Assembly: GCA_963795855.1 (NCBI GenBank)
Contig: CAWCIZ010000003.1
Span: forward strand, 352,001-416,000
Reading direction: 5' to 3'
DNA length: 64,000 nucleotides
Source of the DNA: Vulcanimicrobiota bacterium
Lineage (GTDB): Bacteria; Vulcanimicrobiota; Vulcanimicrobiia; Vulcanimicrobiales; Vulcanimicrobiaceae
Shown here: positions 32,747 to 42,839 of the stretch, in pieces
Layout: each line of letters starts with the position of its first letter
Position numbering within the stretch: the stretch's first letter is position 1
Notes under the pieces: generated by a model
Seen by the model: the letters and a program-made list of their open reading frames with translations, nothing else
What the model was told of the DNA's origin: nothing
Databases searched by the model: none
Program-made: the position numbers and the translations under genes

Positions 32747-33501
32747 GAACGCGCGATATTCGCGCGGACGTACGCGCGAGCCCCCTTCACTGCGTCGCGC
32801 GGCTCGCGCCCCAGCGCTAATTCGCAGGCGAGCGCCATCGCGAGCGCGCAGCCGGTGCCGCGCATGCGCTGCGCCAGGCGTGAATCGGCGAAACGCTCAA
32901 CGCTTTCGTGCGTCACGAACACGTCGACGGGATCGCCCGGGAGATGTCCGCCTTTTACGAGGGCGGCATTCGCGCCGCAGTCGATGAGGCGGCGGCCCGC
33001 ATCGGCCATGTCGGCGTGCGTTACGATCGTCATGCCGGTCAACTGCGCCGCTTCTTCGATGTTGGGCGTCAGAAAGGCGGCGGCGTGCTGCATGAACGCG
33101 CGAACCGCGGCGAGCGCATCGCCGTCGTAAAGCGATCCGCCTGCACTCGCGCGCATCACTGGATCGAACACGACCGGCACGCCGGACTGCCGCTGTAGGA
33201 ATCGCGCGATCGCTTCAGCATTCTGCGCGTTGCCCAACGCGCCCACGCGAATCGCGCGTGCCGACGAAAAGCGTATGGCGTCGAGTTGTCCGGTCACCAC
33301 CGCGCCCGGTAGCGCGAAGATCGCATGCACGCCTCCTTCGTCTTGCGCGCTGACCGCGGCTATCGCCATTTCGATTGCGACGCCGTAGTCCGCCGCCGTG
33401 CGCACGTCGCGTCCCAGCCCCGCGACGTTGCGCGGGTTCGTCGTGCCGATCGATACGACCAGAGGCGCGCCTGCCGTATTCACTCGCCGTTCCACGCGCA
33501 C
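32743..33501 (-). CDS. thiD: Hydroxymethylpyrimidine/phosphomethylpyrimidine kinase (divergent)
   Basis: VVFDPVM, LTPNIEEA, LVKGGH, RGTGC; adjacent to thiE. Confidence 0.8.
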   Translation of the reverse strand: MRVERRVNTAGAPLVVSIGTTNPRNVAGLGRDVRTAADYGVAIEMAIAAVSAQDEGGVHAIFALPGAVVTGQLDAIRFSSARAIRVGALGNAQNAEAIARFLQRQSGVPVVFDPVMRASAGGSLYDGDALAAVRAFMQHAAAFLTPNIEEAAQLTGMTIVTHADMADAGRRLIDCGANAALVKGGHLPGDPVDVFVTHESVERFADSRLAQRMRGTGCALAMALACELALGREPRDAVKGARAYVRANIARS

Positions 33502-34115
33502 ACGAGCGCGTGCGCCGCCGCGGCCGGATCGGCCGCCGAGGAAATTGCCGAGATCACCGCCGCCATCGCAACGCCGCTAGCACGCACATCCTGCAACTCC
33601 GCGGTAGTGATGCCGCCAATGGCGGCGACGGGCAAGCGCGTCTCCGAGGCAACCGCGCGCAACCCGGCGATGCCGATCGGAGCGCCTGCGTCGCTCTTCG
33701 AGGCCGTTGCGTACACCGAGCCCACGCCGATGTAGTCCGCATCGATCGTTTCTGCAAACCGCGCCTCTTCGGCCGAGCCGCACGAAACACCGAGGATGCG
33801 GTCCGCAAGCGCGGCGCGAATCGCCGGAAACTCTTGCGCAAGCGCGTCGTCTGGCCCGAGATGCGCGCCGTCCGCGTCGTAGAGCGGAACCGAGCGCCAC
33901 GCGTCGTTGAGAATGAAAAGCGCGTTCCGCTCCCAGGTCATCGCGCGAATTATGCGCGCATGTTGCGGAACGATGCCGCCTTTCGCGCGGTACTGCACGA
34001 TGCGCACGCCTGCATCGAGTATCGCGCGGCTTACCGCGATTGGATCGCACTGCGCGCTTTCGTTTACAATCGCATAGATGCCGTGCAAAAGCGCCGCACG
34101 CTGCGCGCGCGTCAC
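33480..34115 (-). CDS. thiE: Thiamine phosphate synthase
   Basis: VQYRAK, ILND, GAHLGPDD, DYIGVGSVYATASK, AIGGI; GTG start overlapping upstream stop. Confidence 0.9.
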   Translation of the reverse strand: MTRAQRAALLHGIYAIVNESAQCDPIAVSRAILDAGVRIVQYRAKGGIVPQHARIIRAMTWERNALFILNDAWRSVPLYDADGAHLGPDDALAQEFPAIRAALADRILGVSCGSAEEARFAETIDADYIGVGSVYATASKSDAGAPIGIAGLRAVASETRLPVAAIGGITTAELQDVRASGVAMAAVISAISSAADPAAAAHALVCAWNGE

Positions 34116-34303
34116 GATCTTCGCGAGTTGCGCATCCGCATGAAAAGCCACGCATTGAACGCCAGGTACAGCACGAATACGACGACGACGATTGCGGCGA
34201 TGCGGTAATTGTGACGCTGCATCGCGATCGGTACGAGAAACGCAAACACCATGGCTGCGGCCATCAGCAGCGCCAGAATCCGTTGAAACGGTACGAAACT
34301 CAC
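34112..34303 (-). CDS. Small two-TM membrane protein (63 aa)
   Basis: Two hydrophobic helices; GTGA overlaps with both parB stop and thiE start. Confidence 0.7.
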   Translation of the reverse strand: MSFVPFQRILALLMAAAMVFAFLVPIAMQRHNYRIAAIVVVVFVLYLAFNAWLFMRMRNSRRS

Positions 34304-35182
34304 TCTTCGAGCAGCAGTTCGGCGATGCGGATCAGATCCGTTTCGTTCGCGTACTTGATCTCGATGCTTCCGCCGCTCGCGCCGCGCCGCAAGGCCACCG
34401 GCGCCGCGAATTTGGTTCGCAGCCGTGCTTCGAAATCACGATCTTCCGGCGTGCCCCGGAGGCTTCGGCTTGCCCGGCACCGGCGGGCGACTCATCGCGG
34501 TGACGATGCGCTCGAGCGCGCGCACCGACAGGCCCAGCTGCGCGCTGCGTTTCGCCAGATCCACGCGCTGAGCTTCGGGCGCGGCCAAAAGGACGCGCGC
34601 GTGCGCGGCGCTGAGCGCGCCGCCGGCGATGAACGCTTTGATGGTCTCCGGCAATCCGAGCAGCCGCAGCGCGTTCGTGACGGCGGGACGGCTCTTGCCC
34701 AAACGCTGAGCGACTTGCTCCTGCGTGAAGTCGTGGGAGTCGATGAGTTCGGCGATACCGGCGGCTTCCTCCAGAGCGTTGAGATTCTCGCGCTGGAGAT
34801 TCTCGATGATCGCCACTTCCAGGGATTCGCGATCGTCGCTCGTGCGCACGATTGCAGGCACCGTCGGCCGCTGCAGCACCGCGCAGGCGCGCCACCGGCG
34901 TTCGCCGGCGATCAGTTCGTAGCCGTCGCCGCGCTCCCGCACCAGGATCGGCACGAGCACACCATGCTCACGAATCGACCCCTGCAGTTCTTCGAGCGCG
35001 ACCGGATCGAACGTTTTGCGCGGCTGGTGCGGATTCGGCCGAATCCGCTCCACGGGTATCTGCCGAATCGCATCCACGACCGGCGGCGCAGGCGCCGTGA
35101 CGTTAGGGGCGGCCGGCAGCGCGGCCTCGCCTAGGAGCGCACCCAGTCCGCGTCCGAGCCCGCGTTTTGGAGCGGTGCTCAC
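34300..35182 (-). CDS. parB: Chromosome partitioning protein ParB (apparent frameshift near 34455)
   Basis: RGLGRGLGALL, PNPHQPRKTF, IAGERRWRA, IENLQRENL, HTH; C-terminus ...AELLLEE* in shifted frame. Confidence 0.93.
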
Positions 35183-35967
35183 CAGGCGGCCGCCCGCGAC
35201 TGCTGCGAGGCCTGCTCGAGCATCTCTTTTGCCAGCGACATGTAGGCCTGCGCCCCGCGCGACTTCAAATCGAACAAGATAACCGGCTTTCCGAAGGATG
35301 GCGCTTCCGAGAGCCGCACGTTGCGCGGAATCTGCGTCTTGAACATCTGCCGTGGAAAGTAGGCGTTCAGTTCGTCGAGCACTTCCATCGCGAGTTTGGT
35401 GCGGCCGTCGAACATCGTCACCAGGACGCCGCTGACCTGCAGCTTCGGATTGAGCGCTTCTTGCACGCGCCGGACGACGTTCGTGAGTTGCGAAAGTCCT
35501 TCGAGCGCATAATACTCGGCTTGGACCGGAATGATGATTTCTTGCGTTGCGGTGAGCGCGTTGATCGTCAGCAAGCCGAGCGACGGCGGACAGTCGACGA
35601 GCACGAAATCGTAGCCGCCGGCGATCGGCGCAACGACGCCTTTGAGACGGTTTTCGCGCGAGAGCGCCGACACCAATTCGATTTCCGCTCCGGCAAGATT
35701 AATCGTCGCCGGAATGATGTCGAGATTGTCTATTTCCGTGCGGCGCAGCACTTCATCGAACGACGCGTGATGCATCAGGAGGTCGTACACGTCGCGCTTG
35801 AGCTCGGATTTGTTCACGCCCAGACCCGTCGACGTGTTGCCTTGCGGATCGAGATCGATCACGAGCACGCGCTGCCCCATCACGGCAAGTGCCGCGCCGA
35901 GATTGACGGTCGTCGTGCTTTTCCCGACTCCGCCTTTTTGATTGACGAACGCGATGATCCGCGAGAT
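35179..35967 (-). CDS. parA: ParA/Soj ATPase (probable non-canonical ATC start)
   Basis: IIAFVNQKGGVGKSTT, DLDPQGN, DCPPSLG, PRNVRLSEAPSFG. Confidence 0.93.
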   Translation of the reverse strand: MSRIIAFVNQKGGVGKSTTTVNLGAALAVMGQRVLVIDLDPQGNTSTGLGVNKSELKRDVYDLLMHHASFDEVLRRTEIDNLDIIPATINLAGAEIELVSALSRENRLKGVVAPIAGGYDFVLVDCPPSLGLLTINALTATQEIIIPVQAEYYALEGLSQLTNVVRRVQEALNPKLQVSGVLVTMFDGRTKLAMEVLDELNAYFPRQMFKTQIPRNVRLSEAPSFGKPVILFDLKSRGAQAYMSLAKEMLEQASQQSRAAAW

Positions 35968-35980
35968 CGGCCGAAACCCC

Positions 35981-37372
35981 CTAGGAAATTGGGCGCGCCT
36001 CTTGAGCGAAGAACCGCTCCAAAAGCGCGCGCAGCGTGGCTGGCTCATTGCGCTCCGGCTGCTCCGTGACCTGCTCGAACAAGTACTGCAGCGCGTCTCC
36101 GACGCGCTTGTCGCCGCGAAAGCCGCGCGCCGCCAAACCCATGCAAACCATCGTCTCAATCACCGCAGCGCCGTCGATGCGCAAGTCCTTTACGGAAAAC
36201 GGCGGTTTTCGGGCGATTTCGGCGTAAACGCGCGCTTGAAACCGCTCGTTCGAATCGTCGCGCTTCGGTAAACCGCTGCCCGCGATGTCGGCTGCCCGCA
36301 GGGCGAACTGGCGATCCACCCGGTCGACGCCGATGCGCCGTATGAAGCGGCGAATCGCCGCGTCGCTGAGATCGGGGTCGGCGACGTACATATGCTGGCG
36401 AACGAGGTGCTCGGCGGTATCCGTGACCTCGTTCGAAAACCGCAGGCGCGCGAGCATCGAACGCGTCATGTCGGCGCCCACTTGTTCGTGCCGGTAGAAA
36501 TGCGGCCCATCTTTGGTGCGCGGTTTTCCGATGTCGTGCAGCAGCGCCGCAAGACGCAGCGTCAAATCGCCCGCCGGCGCTGCATCGAGCGTTTCGAGGT
36601 TGTGCCGGTGAACGTCGTACGCATGCCACTCGTTCTGCTCGACGCCGACGCCTTCGAGCAATTCCGGCCACACGTGTGCGAGGACGCCCGTTGCGCGCAG
36701 CAATTCGAGACCGAGCGAAGGTTTGGGAGCCTGAACGATCATCTTGGTGAGTTCGTCGGCGATGCGTTCCGCCGATACGGACGCGACCTTACCGGATGCC
36801 TGCTCCATCGCCGCGACCGTTTGCCGTGAGGGTGCGTAGTCGAAGCGCGCAGCAAACTGCGCGGCGCGCAGCATGCGAAGCGGATCTTCTTCGAAGGCGC
36901 GCGGCGTGAGAATGTCTATTCGCCGCGCGCGGATGTCCTCGGCGCCGCCGTACGGATCGACTATCTCGCCCGACGGCAGCGCGCGAGCAATCATGTTCAT
37001 GCGAAAATCACGCCGCGCCAAATCGTCCGCGAGTGGAACGTGCGGACCGCTCTCGACGCTGAAATCGCGGTGCCCCGAGCCGGTGGAGTGTTCGCGCCGC
37101 GGAAGCGCGACGTCCACGGTGCGCCCGTCGAACGTTACCTTGAATACGGCGAACGACGCGCCGACCAAATCGACGCGGCCGAGACGCTCCAAGCGCTCTC
37201 GCAGTTCGCCTTCCGGAACGCCCGTGACGACGTAGTCGAGGTCCTTGAGTACGATTCGCGCATCTTCGCTTTCGCGCCGCAGTTCGTCGCGCACGCGGCC
37301 GCCCACGGCAAAGAGCGTACCGGGCGGCACGACCTCGGCGAGGGCGCGGTCGGCGGGAAGCAGATCGTACAT
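35981..37372 (-). CDS. CCA tRNA nucleotidyltransferase / poly(A) polymerase family with HD domain
   Basis: VGGRVRD, DLDY, DLARRDFRMN, EDPLRMLRA, AERIADE, LLHDIGKP. Confidence 0.9.
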   Translation of the reverse strand: MYDLLPADRALAEVVPPGTLFAVGGRVRDELRRESEDARIVLKDLDYVVTGVPEGELRERLERLGRVDLVGASFAVFKVTFDGRTVDVALPRREHSTGSGHRDFSVESGPHVPLADDLARRDFRMNMIARALPSGEIVDPYGGAEDIRARRIDILTPRAFEEDPLRMLRAAQFAARFDYAPSRQTVAAMEQASGKVASVSAERIADELTKMIVQAPKPSLGLELLRATGVLAHVWPELLEGVGVEQNEWHAYDVHRHNLETLDAAPAGDLTLRLAALLHDIGKPRTKDGPHFYRHEQVGADMTRSMLARLRFSNEVTDTAEHLVRQHMYVADPDLSDAAIRRFIRRIGVDRVDRQFALRAADIAGSGLPKRDDSNERFQARVYAEIARKPPFSVKDLRIDGAAVIETMVCMGLAARGFRGDKRVGDALQYLFEQVTEQPERNEPATLRALLERFFAQEARPIS

Positions 37373-37445
37373 CTATCAGGCGCGGGTTCGCGCGGCATCG
37401 TAATGCTGCCTCGCGCTCGGGTAACCCACTAGAGCGTAAGGATGG

Positions 37446-37532
37446 TTACTTTAGTTGACTCGCCGCTACGACGGCGATCAGGACCGCGAGCATCGCGGCA
37501 GAAAACAGCAAGTGGCGAAGGGCGTCGGTCAT
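37446..37532 (-). CDS. Putative 28-aa single-TM small protein
   Basis: ATG..TAA encodes MTDALRHLLFSAAMLAVLIAVVAASQLK; purine-rich GGGATGAGAAA upstream. Confidence 0.5.
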   Translation of the reverse strand: MTDALRHLLFSAAMLAVLIAVVAASQLK

Positions 37533-37629
37533 CGGTTTCTCATCCCAAACCGTACTACCCGCACAGACGGCGCGCTATTGCTTTCGCCGCAAGTGCGCCC
37601 TAGGTCTTTTGGCCCAGTACGGTTCTTAA

Positions 37630-37683
37630 TGTTTCTCGGGAAACTTCGGGCATGTCGAGTGCCTTAATGTTTCCCGGTAAACA
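37630..37683. promoter_or_regulatory. Two parS-like palindromes
   Basis: TGTTTCTCGGGAAACT (37630-37645) and TGTTTCCCGGTAAACA (37668-37683) resemble consensus TGTTTCACGTGAAACA; 1.7 kb from parAB. Confidence 0.7.
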
Positions 37684-38364
37684 TCAGAGGCAGAGCGGGC
37701 GCTTCTCCGGCACGCCGGTACGGCGCGGAAAGCGTGGGGGTGTGGCCGCGATCTTTTCCACAAGCAAAACGCGCCGCTCTCCGTCGAGGCGCACTTCTTC
37801 CGCGACCTTCGCGCCGAGCATCGGCGCCGCATCCGCGACAGCCTCCCGCTCGCGATCGTCCATGCGCCCGCGCTGAAGCACCGCGACGCCGCCGATCCGA
37901 AGAAATGGAACCGTGAGCTCTAAAACCGTCGGCGCGCTCGACACCGCTCGCGCGGTCGCACAAGCGAAGCGCTCGCGCAAGTCCGCCTCGCGCGCCGCCT
38001 GTTCGGCTCGCTCCGGAATCACGCGCGCGCGTACTCCGAGTACTGCGGCTGCGGCCTCGAGAAAGGCGGCTTTTTTGGTCGTGGACTCAACGAGCACGAT
38101 TTCTGCGCCGGTCGCCAGCGCGATCGGTAGAGCCGGCAATCCGCCACCGGAGCCCACGTCGATGAGCGGACCCGCAATAAATCGCGTAATGCTCAGGCTG
38201 TCCACAATGTGAGGAACTAGTGTTTCGGCGTCATCGGCGCCGCTGACGTTGAAGCGCCGGTTCGCATCGAGCAGCATTGCCCCGTAGTCCGCCAGAGAAG
38301 CGATGAGATTCTCCTCGATGCCGGCCCGGCGCAGAAGATCCTCGAGGCGGTCGCGCTCGTCCAT
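37684..38364 (-). CDS. rsmG: 16S rRNA (guanine527-N7)-methyltransferase
   Basis: [39 protein letters not shown]. Confidence 0.9.
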   Translation of the reverse strand: MDERDRLEDLLRRAGIEENLIASLADYGAMLLDANRRFNVSGADDAETLVPHIVDSLSITRFIAGPLIDVGSGGGLPALPIALATGAEIVLVESTTKKAAFLEAAAAVLGVRARVIPERAEQAAREADLRERFACATARAVSSAPTVLELTVPFLRIGGVAVLQRGRMDDREREAVADAAPMLGAKVAEEVRLDGERRVLLVEKIAATPPRFPRRTGVPEKRPLCL

Positions 38365-40224
38365 TACCCGGCCGGCACGGCCGGACGACGCAGGTAGAGA
38401 CTCACAATCGCGACGTCCGATGGCGTGACGCCCGGGAATCCTTCCGGCGGCGCCGAGCGTTCGCGGACGCCGCAGGCTCAACTTCTCCCGCGCCTCCCGG
38501 GAGAGCGCCGCAATCGTGTCATACGCGAACTCCGCGGGAATGGGCACGTCTTCGCTCTTTGCCGCCTTCTCGATCGCAAGCTGCTCCCGCCGGACGTACC
38601 CTTCGTACTTCACCTCGATTGCGACGCGCTCACCGATGAGGTCGGGAACGTCCACCATGTAAGTCGCCACATCCGAAAAGCCGAGCCTCGGCCGGCGCAG
38701 CGCGTCCGCTATGGTGGCGCCCCGCTCGAACGCCTCATCTTGGATCGCCCGAACGCCGATGTCCGTGGTCTTGGCGACCGCTATCGCGCTTCGCAGCATT
38801 GCCTGCCGCGCCTCGAAAGCGGCCCAAGCCTCATCGTCGACGAGGCCCGCAAGGCGTCCGACAGGCGTAAGCCGTGAATCGGCGTTGTCGTGCCGCAGAA
38901 TCATGCGGTGCTCCGCACGCGAGGTCAGCATGCGGTACGGTTCGTCGACGCCTTTCGTAACCAAATCGTCGATCAGGACGCCGATATACGCCTGACTCCG
39001 CCTGAGGCGCAGCGGTTCCCGGCCTAACGCCGCACTCGCGGCATTGATCCCGGCTATCAGGCCTTGTGCCGCCGCTTCTTCGTATCCCGACGTGCCGTTG
39101 ATCTGTCCGCAGTGATAGAGCCCGTCGAGCCGATGCGTCTCGAGCGTGTCGCGCAATTCCGTCGGGGGCACCATGTCGTATTCGACGGCATATCCCGCGC
39201 GAAGCATCTCGACGCTTTCAAGTCCGGGCAGCGTGCGCAGCATGTCGATCTGAACTTCGGCCGGCAGCGAGGTTGAAAAGCCGCCGACGTACCAGGTCGG
39301 TTCGTCCCAGCCTTCGGGCTCGATGAAGATCTGATGCGACGGATTATGCGCGAATTTGACGACCTTGTCTTCAATCGACGGACAATACCGCGGGCCGATT
39401 CCTTCGATCAAATCGAGGCCGTACAATGGCGACCGATGCAGGTTTTCTCGCACGAGGGCGTGCGTGCGCGCGTTGGTTTCCGTGATGTAACACGCCAGTT
39501 GCAGCCCCGCAAACACCGCGTCGCTGCCGTACGAAAACGGAAGCGGCGCCGCGCTGGGCGGTTGCAGTTGCATCGCTTCGACGGTGACGCTCGCGCGATC
39601 GATCCGCGGCGGCGTACCGGTTTTCAAGCGCTGCGTAGGAAAACCGAGCGAGCGCAGCGCGTGCGAAAGACCGACCGCGGGCGCTTCGCCGAAACGTCCT
39701 TCGGCTTGCACGACGTCGCCGCGAAACGTTTTTCCGCCGAGGAACGTGCCCGTCGCCAAAACGACCTGCCGCGCGTAATACCGCGCACCGCCGGCGCAGG
39801 TCACACCGCGAATGCGGCTCGCGGAAACGATCAGCGACTCGACCATGCCCCGCACGATGTGAAGATTCGGTTGCGACCGCAGCGTTTCGATTGCGATTCG
39901 CGCGTACGCCGGTTTGTCGGCCAATGCGCGGAGAGCGCGCACCGCCGGCCCCTTCGATTCGTTCAAAAACCGCGAGTGCACCGAGCACCGATCGACGATT
40001 CGCGCCATTTCGCCGCCGAGCGCATCGATTTCGCGAACGAGTTGGCCCTTCGCGCTTCCTCCGATGGAAGGGTTGCACGGCAGCGTGCAAATCCGATCGG
40101 GATCGCCCGTCACCAGCAGGGTCGGCACGCCCAAGCGCGCCGAGGCCAGCGCGGCTTCCAGCCCTGCATGGCCGCCGCCGACGATGATGACGCCGGCATC
40201 ATCCGGACGCAAGGGTTCGTTCAC
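38364..40224 (-). CDS. mnmG: tRNA modification enzyme MnmG/GidA (apparent frameshift near 38432 fuses the ORF to rsmG)
   Basis: [53 protein letters not shown]; shifted tail PGVTPSDV...G* ends TAATG with rsmG start. Confidence 0.95.
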
Positions 40225-40304
40225 AACGCTCTATTCTAACAGGTACGTACAAACGCACCTTTCGGCGCGTGGGCGCGCCGCAGCCGCTCGTCGAAAGTGG
40301 CGGC

Positions 40305-40629
40305 ATGAACTTTGCGCCGCATCTCTGTGCCGTCCTGATGCTCGCCGTGCTGATGGGGCAAATAACCGATAAGACGACCGGGCAGCCGCTACGCAGCGTG
40401 CGCGTACAGATCCGGCAAGGTAGCTCGACATTGCAGGCGACGACCGATGCCGACGGCCGTTTCCGCATTTCGGGCGTGCGAACCGGCTCGCACACGCTGC
40501 GGTATTCGTCGGCGGACGTTCCGCCGCAGAGCATCGCAATTCGGGTGCGCGGTGCGCAACAGCGCGTATCGATTCGTGCCTGCAGTACGACGCTCGACTA
40601 TAGACTGCGCGGGACCCGGCGGCGGTTAA
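40305..40629 (+). CDS. Small exported protein with carboxypeptidase-regulatory-like domain (possible frameshift near 40600)
   Basis: Hydrophobic N-terminus, GQITDKTTGQPL..V, ATTDADGRFRISGV..G. Confidence 0.6.
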
Positions 40630-40635
40630 CCGGTC

Positions 40636-41979
40636 CTATTTTCCGATGCAAAACCGCGCGAAGATGCGGCTCACGAGTTCTTCGTTTGCCACATCTCCGG
40701 TGAGGTGACCCAGTTCGGCGAATGCACGCTGCAGCTCGCCCACGATGAGATCGCTAGGCTCGCCGCAATCCAGCGTGTCGCGCGCGTGCCCGATGGCATC
40801 GATCGCTTGCGCGACGGCGTCGAATTCGTTCAATGACGCGAGATGCGGCCGTTCCAGGTCGGGCAGTTCGCCGCCCCACGCGGCTCGCGCAAGCGATTCC
40901 CGAATACGTTCCAGCGTTGCGGAGTCGCGCGTCGTTCCGATGACGTCGATGCTTCCGTCGAGCCGTTCCGATCCGGCTCGTCCGGCGTCGGCCTTGTTAG
41001 CGAACACGACGCGCGCGCGGTTCGCGGTCCGATGCAGCAGCGCGAAGACTTCCGCCGATGGCGGCTCGGAGCCGTCGATCACGACGAGCGCGACACGCGC
41101 ACCGGCGAGCGCGCGCTCCGTGCGTTCGATGCCCGCCGCTTCCAAACGGTCGGCATGACGCCGAATGCCCGCGGTGTCGATGAGCCGCATCTGCACGCCC
41201 TGCACCGCGATCGATTCCTCGATCGTGTCGCGCGTGGTCCCCGGAATCTCCGAAACCAGCGCGCGCTCTTCACCGAGCAGCGCATTGAGCAGCGAGGACT
41301 TTCCGGCGTTGGGCGGGCCGACTATTGCGACGGGCACACCTTCGCGCACGAGCCGTCCCGCTTCGCCTTCGCGCTGCAGCCGCAGCAAATCGCCGGCGAT
41401 TCCATCCAGTTCCCGATGCAGCTCGCGGCGATCCGGATCGGGCACCTCGTCCGGAAAATCCACCGCGCCGGCGAGTTCTTCCAGCAGCGAGGCGAGCCGT
41501 TCGCGCAAAGCGCGCACCTCGTTCGCAAGCCCGCCGCCGAGGTTCGCTACCGCGGCCCGCGCCGCCGAACGCGTTTCCGCGTCGATCAGATCCGCGACGG
41601 CTGACGCCGCATGCAAGTCCAGTTTACCGTTCAAGAACGCGCGGCGCGTGAATTCCCCTGCCGTCGCGTACCGGGCGCCGCACGCGACGATCGCGCGCAC
41701 GACTTCGCGCGCGACGACCGGGGAACCGTGCACGTGGAATTCGACGGTGTCTTCGCCCGTGTAAGTGTGCGGCGCGACTGAAAGGATCGCCAGGCCGCGG
41801 TCGAGCGGCGTGCCGCGTTCGTCGACTATCGTGCCATACGTTGCGACGCGGTTTTGCAGCGCGCACTTCGAAACGAACAAGCGCGCAGCGAGCGTCCGTG
41901 CATCCGCGCCCGAAACGCGAACGATCGCGATCGCCCCTTTGCCGGGAGGCGTCGCGATCGCCGCGATCGTGTCGTTCAT
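40636..41979 (-). CDS. mnmE: tRNA modification GTPase MnmE
   Basis: DTIAAIATP, GEFTRRAFLNGK, GPPNAGKSSLLN, GTTRD, DTAG, FCIGK. Confidence 0.97.
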   Translation of the reverse strand: MNDTIAAIATPPGKGAIAIVRVSGADARTLAARLFVSKCALQNRVATYGTIVDERGTPLDRGLAILSVAPHTYTGEDTVEFHVHGSPVVAREVVRAIVACGARYATAGEFTRRAFLNGKLDLHAASAVADLIDAETRSAARAAVANLGGGLANEVRALRERLASLLEELAGAVDFPDEVPDPDRRELHRELDGIAGDLLRLQREGEAGRLVREGVPVAIVGPPNAGKSSLLNALLGEERALVSEIPGTTRDTIEESIAVQGVQMRLIDTAGIRRHADRLEAAGIERTERALAGARVALVVIDGSEPPSAEVFALLHRTANRARVVFANKADAGRAGSERLDGSIDVIGTTRDSATLERIRESLARAAWGGELPDLERPHLASLNEFDAVAQAIDAIGHARDTLDCGEPSDLIVGELQRAFAELGHLTGDVANEELVSRIFARFCIGK

Positions 41980-42834
41980 CGCTTGCGTACGACGATTGCC
42001 AGGGACGTCGGCGAACGGAAGTTTTGCGGCAGCGTGCCCGCGCGCATCGCGTCGCGCATGCGAAGCGCGGTACCGCGAATTGCTTGTTTGCTGGAAAGAT
42101 CGAAGTGCGCGGCCACGCGTTCTTCGACCGGAAAATCGTTTCCCGCAGCAACGATATCGCAGGAAAGCGCTTGAAAAATACCGGCGAGCTGAAACAGCGT
42201 GACCGGAAATATCTGATCCAATCCGCCATGGGGCCGCTCAAAAGCGTCGAGCCATTCCTTAAGCATCCAGCGCGCGGCAAACGGCGGCCACGGAATTTCA
42301 TAGTGCGCTTCGAACGGCGCGCGATAATCGGGCGCGTACAAGCAGAGGAAGCCGCCGGGTTTGGTTATACGCAGCAGCTCGCAAATGATGCCCGCCGGAT
42401 CGGGAACGTGTTCGATGAATTGGTGGCCGAGCACGACGTCGAAGCGGTTGCATTCCAACCCCGTTTGAACGGCATCGCCGAAGATCAGCCGCTCGCGCCA
42501 AGCCGGCGGCAGCGCGTAAGCATCGAGCTTCGCGTACCCGACGGACAAACGTTTCGGATCGTTGTCGACGCCGTACGCGTCGTGACCGCGTTCGAGAGCG
42601 GGAAGGACGAACGAGCCGGTGCCGCACCCCGCTTCGAAAACCGACGCGCGGAGTCGAGAAGTAGCCCGCGCCCAACGTCCGCTCCATCTCCCCGAAAAGC
42701 CGCTCGTGGCCTTCACGCGAGATCAGCCGCGGAAAGACGCGTTCGAGGGCGGCACGTTCGGAACCGAAGTCGCGCGCGCCGTCCTCGAGCAATGCCCACG
42801 CGCTTTGCTCCAGGTCGCCCTGCGCGTTTTTCAC
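41976..42834 (-). CDS. Class I SAM-dependent methyltransferase (apparent frameshift near 42690)
   Basis: VFEAGCGTG, GVD, FDVV....IEHVPDP, LLRITKPGG, PFEAHY. Confidence 0.75.
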
Positions 42835-42839
42835 GACTC

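Noticed and set aside
37684..40224. MnmG-RsmG fusion protein (846-aa ORF)
   Set aside because: One extra base near 38432 explains it; the shifted frame restores the PGVTPSD tail and a TAATG stop/start overlap.
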